Shown: piece by piece, positions 1 through 10,500 of the stretch
How the letters are laid out: every line of letters starts with the position of its first letter
How positions within the stretch are numbered: the first letter of the stretch is position 1
DNA from: Klebsormidium nitens
Lineage: Eukaryota; Plantae; Klebsormidiophyceae
DNA: 64,000 nucleotides
Direction: 5' to 3'
Assembly (NCBI GenBank): GCA_000708835.1
Contig: DF237308.1
Coordinates: forward strand, 30,158 to 94,157
The notes under the pieces: generated by a model
The model's database searches: none
The model's input: only the letters and a program-made list of their open reading frames with translations
Told to the model about the DNA's origin: nothing
Position numbers and translations under genes: made by a program

Positions 1-1077
1 TCGGTGTAAACGGGTGCTCTCTTAGTGCATATAAGAGGCCCTGTCTGCTACAATGGACGTGGGAGGGAGCTAGGTTGAGAGTTGATAAAAGTCTTGGAAC
101 TAAAGGTGTCCTCAAATCCGGAGTCAAGAAGTGAGGCCCACAAGTGGAGAAATCCACTTTATAGCTTTGATCCAAGCTTAGGGAGCTCAACGCGAGCTCA
201 GTCTGTAAGTGCAGTCTAATATAATGAAGTGCTGCAGCTCATGGCAGCTCGGGAGGATGAGCTTAGGTAACCTAAGCTCATCTTGTAAGAACCAATGAGA
301 ATCGAGTATTTATTTAAGAAGATCAAGTTACCGTTAGGGGGGGAAACCTCCAGCTCATCGTATAATCAAGGGTTGAGCTTATCTGCGTATCTACGGCTAT
401 AATTGCCTAATAAAGATCCACGTGTTACAGTCGGAGCTCTGGCAACTTTGATGCGAGTAGAACTGTCCGTCTAATACATATTGGACGGCTACGATGCTTC
501 TTAGCTGCCCGGCTTTCAGCTAGTGGCCGCGCGCGGCCGGGCCCTCGCCGGGCCGGGCAGCTCGAACCGACGGTCAAATCTGTCCGCAGACCAATTGTCT
601 GCAGATATCCAACGGCATGAATTACCCATTAGCAAAGCTGGTTCCTTGCTCCATTTCAAGTCAATGAGCAGTTGGCCAGGGCCAATGACCGCCCAGTGTA
701 CTGTATCGGCGGATCTGTCGCCTTAGGTTTGTCGACGGTGTAGCTACTGAGTACTTCAGAGTACTGTAGCAATCAAAGAAACTTGATTCTCCAGCACCAT
801 CTATTAATAGCGCCGCCTCTCCTGACATCATACTTGTGGTCTCAGATTGTCGTCGCTTTCTCTTTCCTTCCTCAGGTGCTGATCAGCAAACAATCGAACT
901 TCGGGACTCAGTTTTGGTGCTAGCTTTGCTAAGGGGCCGCAATTGTGAAGGTGAAATTACCTGCCATATTGGAATACCTGAACGAAGCGGGAAGCTGCGC
1001 CAGCAACAAGGCCGAGCAAGCAGCCTGTGCATCAAGTGCTTCTGCTTTGTTTCTTTTTCCACTTCTGTGGCGGCAGG

Positions 1078-3363
1078 ATGATTCCCCCTTTACAGTCCCT
1101 TGTCAAGTATGACAATCCTGTGCAAGTGAGCACAGGAAAAGGCAAATCAAAGACCCTGAAAGGAGACAAAGGGACTCTGAAAGGTACTCTACCAAAGGTA
1201 AGCTTCTTCGTAACATTGAGATCCCAGATGCTCATGCTTAGGAAGAGATTATCATCACTTCTTGGAGCTGCGACTCGCGAAAGCGTCAGTGGTTGCTCCT
1301 TCCTGCCGTTGAGACTTGACCTCGGGAAGCACTATCAAGGGGTTTTCTTTACCCAACAGAGCTCCAACGCCCTTAGATTGATCATATAGGTCTTGGCTTG
1401 CAGGGCACAAAGATCCTTCCGCCAGTCGAGCAAAAGCCAGGTTTCACGCAGACAGAGGACATTTTGAACAGCATACTGCCGCCAAGGTAAGGTTAAGGCG
1501 TGTAAGAGCTGGAACCATTCAGCGGCATGCTTGGTCAGCAGTGCAATGCTGATGTTGAAGGTGGAACACTTGTTCCTTGCAACTGATTGAGTCAGGTACC
1601 TGGACGCGAACTTTCCGCAATGTTATTTTGACCATCTACATGGACGAGCTGTGCGGTACAACCAGGACATAAGTGAGGTAAGAAAATACCGTGATAAGAA
1701 GGGAATGGCAGCTAAAGTAGCCAACTGTTCGAATTACGGACCTTTGTCTCTACTTTGGCACTTGCAGGGAGTGGACGGCGGAGGATAGCCAGCTCTGGGT
1801 GCAATATGTGTCCAGCACCCCAGCCACACGGTTAGATGTGATTAACCTTCAGGAGAGATTGGACCAGCAGCTGCAGCAGCGGCAAGCAAGGGAGACGGGG
1901 ATCTGCCCTGTACGGGAGGAGCTGTACGCTCAGGTTGGGAGCACAGCCCCTGGAAAAAGTGACGTGGCCCTTTTTCCGAAGGCTGCACTCTTGGTTTCAA
2001 ACATGAGAGAGGGGTGGAAAGATAGAATCGGTTTGGGGGCAAGGACAAACAATTCATCTGCCTTGCATTCGACAATAGCTTGCCTGAGCCTGATCAGGCA
2101 CTGTTGTCAGGCCAGAACTACCAACGTTTTCAGAACCTTTTCAGGCTCCCGGTGAATGGAAACATGTGAACCAGGTGATGCTTTGAACAGGACTTCTGCA
2201 GGGGGTCTCGGGCGTCTTGACGGTCTTCGTCTCTTATTGAAACTTGATGTGGTGGCAAACTTTACCACCGCTGATGGCGCTCTTGTCGATTCATGCAGTG
2301 CTTTGACGAGCTCATCAGGCAGGTGACAGTCAACTGTGCCGAGCGCGGTCTCTTGCTTCTCAGGGTACGGGACGAGATGAGAATGGTAAGCCTCCACGTT
2401 CACAATGCAACGAACCACCTGTGGTTGCTGAAGCGTTTGCCAGTGTTACAGACCGTCTCGGACCCCGTCAACTTGCATTAATCCTACCTTCACAAGTTCT
2501 GACAAACTCGTTAGCATGCAATGCACTTCAAAAGCTGAAAAGCGTGCTTTTGAATCCCATCCGTAATACGTCCCTCTCTCTCTTATGTGGCAGACCATAG
2601 CCGCGTACCAAACTCTGTATGAGAGCAGCGTTGCCTTTGGCATGCGAAAGGCCCTGCAGACGGAGGCCGGGAAGGCAGACATGGAGGTCCGCATTCAGCA
2701 GCTGGAAGGGGAGCACAAGGAGCTCGAGCGGCAGCTCCAGGAGTGGAAGGTAGGCGGAGCAGCGACAACGGCTTCTGTATGTTCACTCCGCTTTCGTGCC
2801 TCCTTCAACAAGACACGTCTGATCTTTGATGACATTCCGAACCCTCTCATTTACTAGTCACTCGAATGCGGTAAGTAGCTGACGTTTGAATAAAGCGCCA
2901 TCTCCTAGATTTCTGAAGACGTCCAATGACTGGCCACCCGCGCTCACAGTAGACTTTGCTTGAAACGGATGGGGCAGGTCGCCTGTGAGCAATCATATGG
3001 GGGCTCCCGTGTCCCAGCTTAATTTTCACCGGGGTTGCTTTAGAAACGGACGAGGAACTTACTGCTAATGTGGACGGATCAACTCTCTTGCCTTTCGGGG
3101 CGCATGGTGTGTTAAGGGTATTCTTTCAGGTCATTTTTCTCCGGCCGACCCATACGAAAGGCCTTCCATTTAGTGGTCAAATTTTACCCTCATTTGTTTC
3201 TGCTTTGAACGTTCAGAACAAGGCGGAGGCTATCGAGAAGCGGGAAAGCGAACGGCGAGCTCTGGACGAAAAGAAGCACGCCGAGGAGGTAGCCTACCTG
3301 CAGCGATCGAACAAGCAGCTGAAGCAACAGCTGGAAACGTTTTTAGCGCCACCAAAGAAGTAA
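1078..3363 (+). CDS. DNALI1: Axonemal inner-arm dynein light chain p28 (DNALI1/IDA4), 6 exons
   Basis: Phase-consistent GT-AG exons 1078-1197, 1404-1486, 1768-1933, 2299-2385, 2594-2749, 3217-3363. They give MIPPLQSLVKYDNPV...TEDILNSILPPREW...YVSSTPATRLDVINLQERLDQQLQQRQARETGICPVREELYAQCFDELIRQVTVNCAERGLLLLRVRDEMRMTIAAYQTLYESSVAFGMRKAL, the p28 family signature. Confidence 0.97.
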
Positions 3364-4526
3364 GATGCTGCTAAGATGGGGAGATCTGACCGATTTGAAT
3401 GGCAGATAGCTCTTGAGAAGAACACTAGTATCTCTGAAGAATTGGGAATGGGGAATCACAAGCGCAGTTCATTAAGGTGCACGGTGGATATAGTACGGGA
3501 TGCAGACATCTTTGAGAGATAATGAAATTAGGAGTAGTTTTGTATACAATTAATGGGAAGTTCTAAAGCTTTCAAGACGTCGAGGCTGATCAGACTGTTG
3601 GTGCAGAATATAGGGGGAATTTCCAAGCGAAGCGCTGCAAGTCAACATCCAACATGATTGCAACTCTGTGTACTTTTTGCAACGGCACAACAGAAGTTAC
3701 CAGGTCAAGCATGTTGGCCTTAGTCCGTACGATTTCTCAGCAAACCAGCTCTTCTGAACGTGTATGCCAATGATTCATTCAGCATTAGCAAGTTGCTGAA
3801 TTCTTACCAAGCTCGGGAGACCCTTACTGAAGTGCTACCCTGTTGAATCTGCAAGAGCTTGTTCTGCAGCAGATTGACGGTCTGGTTCCTTGTGCCTGAC
3901 GCGGTGCCGCCGCATGCTGAGTTGATCATCTCAGTTACTAGGTCAAAGCTTTTACCACATTGTGCCATCGTAGGCAATTGGTACGTTCCCTTTCTAGCTG
4001 TGCAATTCGGCCTATGCATAGTGTTCTTCGGCTCTCAAATACTCCGACCGGCCTCGAATTACGATTATATGATCCAAACCATGCACATGCACATAATTGT
4101 GGCGTGGTGGCCCGCTGCATGTGGATCTTCATGCTGAACCTGCGCAGTTCATCACATTGACTTTTTGTAGTCCGACGATTAAACATGCAAGATGCTCATG
4201 AAACGAACGTGCCGCCGCCATGATTGATTGGATCGAGGCTTGCCTGGGTGCTGGCACTTCCTTGCCTTCGAGATGCACCGGTATCGATCTATGCTGTGAG
4301 ATATCCAAGCGCTATATCATTGCTTTTCTGTGAACAAGAACCCGCAAATACGGCTGCACACACTTCGTGTCCAGCAGCGTATAGATCAGCAGACTTATTC
4401 GAAAAGACCGTTCTTTCTGAGGTGACGAGCACAACTACTGCCAATGAGCCCTGCTCTTTGAACTCTTAGAGGCGCCTAAAGCACACGGTCCTAGGCCGTA
4501 CCCTCCTTTCAGAGGCCGTACCGACA

Positions 4527-7500
4527 TTAGGAAAAGTCGTCCATCATGGACTGCGCTTCCTTGACCGCGTGCAGGCCCGGGCACGTTGCCCTGAACGCGG
4601 CGACGCAGCTGCCTAGGGATAGAGCGGTGTCTGAGGGCCGCTGGTCGCCGTCCATCTCTGCGGCCAGCTCGAACATCTGGTCCACCGTGGCCTCGTTCAG
4701 CCATGCCTGGAACCACAGAAGTTCACGGTTGACAGAAGGAAGGGGACTAACTAAGCTTTCAGATCTCAGATCTGCAAAAGTGCACGTCGTCCAACTTGTT
4801 TAGAAGCCCACAAAGGCGAGAAGGGCTGCAATATCGCAACCAGGCTTTCATCAGTGATACGGGCTCAGAAACTTCTGAGGCGTTTCAAAACGGTCCCGTT
4901 CGACTGAACCTCATCTTGTTCTGGACATCAAAGATTCGGCGGACCCATGCAAATTCTTGGTAAAGCAGGAGAAAATATGTACTGTTTGCGTAAAGGAACT
5001 GTGACTCAGACAGCATTACCTTCTTTGCACAGCGGATACAGGGGGCGCATTCTCACCGGCACGTCGAGCTGCTTAATGGCTTGGTGAAAGCCCTCCCTGG
5101 TAACCCCCGGCGCGTCGCCCTCCTTGAACCGGTCCAGCACGGTGTGAACGAGCTCCTCGTCCTTCTCTTGCAGCTGCGAACTTTTGGTCACGAGAAAGCA
5201 CAGCAGCCGATCCAGGGCCACAGGTGCCGCCACGTCACCGCTGACGTCGCCCGCCGCCTGTTCCCCGTTCAGGGGGCTTGGATTGCGCGGTCCCCCCCTC
5301 TGCTGCATCCCCCCTACAGACCCGCTGCTGACCCGGGCAGGCTCCGCACGGTGCGGTGGCCGCCCATTCTGGCGGCTCCCCGCGCGCGAGTGAGCGCCCA
5401 TGGGCGACGCGGCGCGCGTCGCGGCCGCGTTCAGCGACGAATCTTTCTTCGCACTGGGCGACGTCGCGGCTTCGGACCGGCCCGCGAAGGCGGCGTCGTC
5501 GCCCAAGGTCCCCGCGCGGTTCTGCTCGCGCATGTCCGCGAGGACCGCCTCGATCTGCTCGCGCGGCCGGGTTTCCAGAACGCGCGCGACGACGGCTTCC
5601 ACCTGGGCGGGGGTGAGGAGGACGGAGTCCCCGCGCTCTAGTTGGCTCCAGAATGCGGCCTGCCCGTTGAGGGACCACGCACACACTTCCAGGATCTGCA
5701 GCAGGGGCCGAGCAAGGGGCAGAATCAGATTGGATGCGCGGTGGCCCATCTCATGCTCTGACGGTTTCTCGCATCAGGCCTGCCGCCGAAGGCCCATGCT
5801 GCCTACATAGACCACTTGCAAGCGGGTCTACGTAGGCAGGTCTATGTAGACATGGTCCGCTTGCTGCCTACATACACCACTTGCTTAAAGGTTCAGTGAG
5901 CAGCAGCAAACGAACAGCATGCCTTCCGCGTGATCCGATGCATACATGCGACCGCACAACCGGCCCCCCAACACTCCCTCAGCCGGGTCCCCACCTGCAT
6001 GACCGAGTTGACGCCGTGCCCCGGAAGGTCGTCGTAGAGGCCGGTGAGGCGCGTGAAGAGGCCGGCCAGGTGGTCGGTTCGCCGCCGGTAGAAGGCGCGC
6101 AGGGAGGCGAGCATCTCCTGCAGCTTGGCCTGCGCCAGGCTGCGCAGCCCGAACATGTGCTTCAAGTGGCCCACCACCAAGTCGCTCAGCGGCGCGCGGC
6201 CGCGGCCCGCCTTGTCGTCCACCTGCACAGGTTTTACGCGGGGTTTGAGATGCGGCTTCTGCAGTGGTTTTAACTTGTGGCAGGAGTTTGTGGGGAGCGA
6301 GCCAAAAGGAGCGATAGTCGGGCTGTCATCAATGAAGGAGACGGCTGTAGGCTGACTACTCAATAGGCATCCGGGTTGCTTATCAAAATGGAACCTTTTG
6401 AGCTCTTCTGTAGCTCGTTTTCAACTGTGAGCTTTCGAGAAGAGTTTCGACTTCTGGCCCGGAAGGCCGCTTCGGTCGCTTCCATTGAAGCCTGCAAGCG
6501 GAGGTATAGCGTCTGTGTCGGATACATGTGCGAACAGAGCAGGGACAAAGCTTAGGGTTGATCGTCCCCTCTTTCAAGCTCTCGTTTTGAGAAAATAAGA
6601 GCAGTCAGCTCCGCGAGAAAATCTCACCGCATTCGCCGCCTGCTTTGCCCGGTAGATGCTCCCGATCAGCGCGCGCAGCTTCTTGGCCGGCATCACCCGG
6701 GCGTTGTTCACCAGGAACGTGCTCAGGTCTTTCCCCCGGCGCGCCCCCTTCAACACCAGCTCCGCTCGTCCACTCACCGTGGCAGCCTTCCCGCCCTCCG
6801 AAGCTCGCTGCTCTAGTTCCCGTGCGTCGAGCATCTCCGCGCGTTTCCCGTGCGGGCTCTCCGACCGCCTTCCGTGCTGGCTGCTTGCCCGGTGAACTGC
6901 CCCGGCCGCGCCGCCGTTTTTGGGGCTTTCTTCTTCCTTCTCCTCCTCACCCACACTCGCGCCGGGCGCCCCCTCTTCGATGAACCGCTCCCAGGCGGGG
7001 GGGATGTGCATCCGTTTGGAGAACTCAAGCGGCGCCAGCCCCTTCGCTTCCCGCCGCTCGTTCACCCTCTGCTTCCACTTGCCCCCCGACTGAAGCGCGC
7101 GCGTTGCCGGCATCAGCCCGTTCTCCCCTGTCACCTTCTCGTCGTCCGACTCCATTTCCAGGCGTGTCGCTTCGTCTTCTCCGTCTTCTTGCACGGACGT
7201 TCCTACCTCCCGGGAGCTCGGCCTGCGTTCCTGCGCCGGTCTCTGCCACCGTTTCCGCCCGGCGCGCTCCCACCGGGCACTGCCGGGGCCGGAGACGGTG
7301 ACCCGGGCAGTCTGATCACCGAGTAAGACCGCCTCCGTCTGGCCCTCCAGGCGCAGTACGACTGAGAACTCCTGCTCCCCTTCTCCAAACTCGTCCTCCA
7401 GCAGCTGCACCCAGATCGACTGAGGGCCGACCGCGCCTTCCGGCCACGTCAGCAGGCCCTCTGTCGACGCGAAGTCGAGCCCGGCGTGCGCGGACCTGCG

Positions 7501-10500
7501 ACAGCCGGAAGGGAGGCCTTCGGCAAGGGCTTCGCAAGAGGAACCTGTTTACTTCGCTCTCGAGAAGAACCTAAAAATTTCTGTAAGAGTTCTTCGAACC
7601 TCATTGCCGCACTGGCGGTGGGGGCCGAGAGGCAAATCAGCGCCCACAGATTGGCGGGCGGCGGCCTTCTTCAAAGAATGGTAGACACCTCGGCATCAGG
7701 ATTTTGGCAAGCTTTGGATCAATTGTACTATTTTCTTGTGAAGATACGCGATCGGTCGGTGGCTCACCCGTCCAGTGTGAGATAATGCACGCCGACCTCC
7801 CCTCGTGCGCCCCCGGTTCGCTCCACGCGCAGCTCCACTTGTTCATCCCCCAAAAGGGCCGCGCACTGGGTGGCCAGAAAACGAATGCCGCCGTGCACTT
7901 GGACGACTGACGCGATGCGTGCGTCGTCATCTGCGCCAAAATAAAGGCAGGTCTTCCTCAGTAAAGCATTACTGGAGGGTCCTTTAGTAAAGCAACGGAA
8001 AAGACCAAAGGACCTCGCCACAACATGCCTGACCTTCGCACTCCAAGCGCTAACAAGTGTAACAAGAATCTGCAACAGGCTCTGTCTCGATCTCACGAAT
8101 CGGCCAGTCAACCAAGACATCGTCCATCTAGACGGTACTGTTTGAACATTATTGGAAAAGCATTCGAGCGTTACCCTGTGGGATCTGTGCGCTCTCCCTG
8201 AGCGCCAACTCCTCCGCTTTCATCCGCTCTAGTTCTGCCCTCAGCACCGCGACCTCCTCCAGCGCGCCCTGCCGCGCGCGCTCACGCTCGTCCGCCTGCG
8301 CGCGCGCGCGCGCATTCTCCTCCTGGAGCCGCTGCACCTCCGCCCGCCATTTGGCGTCCGCCAGGTCCCATTCGTCCGCCCATCTTCTTTCCGAGTTCCG
8401 GCGCTGGTCAGACGGAATGGCGCTAGCATCCTCTCGAGGGGTTGCTGGCAGCTCGGGAGAAGCCCCCCCCGGCAGTGGAGACTCGGGCACGGCAGCGGGT
8501 ACTTCTTCCGCTGTTCCGCCGCTCCGGCCGTGCCTCTCCTTTGGAGACGGAACTTCGTAGATGGCCGCGGACAAGCGCAGGAACTCGCCGTGCGTCTTCC
8601 GCCGCTCCGCTTTCTCGCGCCGCCGCTGCACCGTCTCCGACAGCGACTCGCTCCGCTTCAGCCGGGGCAGAGGCGACCCGCCGATTCGCAAATCAGGTGA
8701 CCGGGGCCCCGGGGACACCGGGGAAAGGTCGCCACGATCGGGCTCCAAGACGAGCATCGCACTGGGAGCGGTCAAGTCGAGCGTCGCTGGCACGTGGCTC
8801 TTGAAGCGGTTCGAAGCGAGCCGTTCAAAAACTTTGGGCAGAGTCTCTGGGTCAGCCGCTGGGTGCTCTCCACCGCGCCGTGTCCCCCGCCGACTGTGAC
8901 TCGGAGAAACAGCCTCACTTTTGGTTGTTTCCGTATCCCCAAGCCCCTCGTTTTCAACGGCTGTCGGTCCCTCTTGAGAGCTCTCTTCCGCAGATTGGTT
9001 GCCCGCTAGTGAAGATTGTTCCGCTCCATTGTCTCCGGAAACAGTAGCCTCCTCAACATGGACGCTTTTCAGATACTCCCCTTGCGATTGGTCTTCGTCA
9101 GCGGCTTCTTCCATTTTATTCGCATCCGTTTGTGGCAGCCTCTTCTCGCTGACTTCATGCCACTGTGACGTACTGTCGTCTATGTTAGCTTCGCGCAATA
9201 CGTTTTGATGGCTGTCCGCTGGAGCTACTTCTTCCGTACTGGGCTCGCCTTCATGAGCCGACGCGGATTCCGCTTCCTCCGGTGACTCTGGTATGCTCAA
9301 CTGAGCTTCAAAGTCTCCTTCAATCATTTCGTTTTCTGCGCTCACTTCCGAAGGCTCCACGTTCTCTTGCCTTTGCCCAGTTTCTGCCTCCGCCCCCCCA
9401 GCCTCCGTCTCTCGTTCTCTTTCTCTCCCACCTTCCGGCCCCTGCCTGCCATCGGGTGCCGATCCCCCCGCCCTTCTGAACGGATTCCACACACGCTTTC
9501 CCGGCGGCCCCTCATCCGTAACTCCAGTGCTCTCCACCTTCTCGTCTGCACCCCCTTGAGCCTCTCTCCTCATGGCTACATCCGTTTCAAAAACCCTCTG
9601 CCCCCCTTCTCGAGACACAGCGCTCTGCCTCGACCCTCTGTCGTCTTTCTCCTGCCCTGCCTCCCTCCCGGCCGTGCCACTCTCCCCCCGACCGCCTTCC
9701 CCGGGCACCTGCTCAGTCTGCACGCCTTCGTCGACTCTGACCGGGGCTTTCACCCGCCGTCCCCCGGGCGCCTTTTTCCCGGCCACCGCCCGGCTGGCCG
9801 CCATGCCCAGCTTGAGCCCCGCCAGAAACTGCTCCGACTGCGCGATCGCCAGCGCCGACTCGCTCTGCGAGCTCTCCGCAATCTCCGGCACCGTCGCGTT
9901 GTCGTTCTCGTCCTCTGACAGTTTCGCTGCCCCGCCCTTCATGGACGGCCAGATGCCGTTGGCCGGGGGCGCCGCGGGGCCCCCCAGGCTGCCCAGCTTT
10001 ACAGTGGGCAGACGCAGGAAGGGGTTGCTCGACGCAATCGGGGCGCCTGCGCGGAGGGGCGACCAAAGCCTTGACAAACAGCAAAAGATAACCCGCCTCG
10101 TTTTGTGGCTAGTTATCTCGTGTCTCGCTGTCGCTACTTCCCGCAAGCAGTCCAGGGTTTCAAACTTGGCAGAAGTGAGCCGTGCCTCGCGACACCGTGA
10201 TATCTCTGCCCTTTGTTTAAGGATCTCGGCTTCGCCGTTCTGGCAGCAAGTCTTCCCTCGGAGGCACGGCCAAAGACTTCGAAAGTAGAACCCGTCACAA
10301 CTTCGATTCAGACCAAGCCACACAGGCAAACTGCACGCAGTCGATGCCACGTGTCAGCCGACCAGCTGCCTGGCGCCTCACCCTGCCGTGGCCGCGCTTG
10401 CTCCGGTGCCACCACGAGGACCTGCGCCAGCCTGTCCCCGTGCTGCTGCAGCCACGTGTCCATCGCCGCTTGGTCCTGCTTCCGCTCGAGAGCAGTCAGC

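Noticed and set aside
1-540. Protein-like frame-1 translation broken mainly by TAA codons (possible decayed gene)
   Set aside because: 8 stops in 180 codons equals random expectation and no family is recognisable, so a pseudogene call is not supportable.
5797-5884. Repeat-spacer-repeat pattern as a CRISPR array
   Set aside because: Only two direct copies, the spacer is built from inverted copies of the repeat, the context is a eukaryotic intron, and there are no cas genes.
9367-10288. Long plus-strand ORFs opposite the big exon of the Calx-beta gene
   Set aside because: Antisense shadows of a GC-rich E/G/A-rich coding exon.
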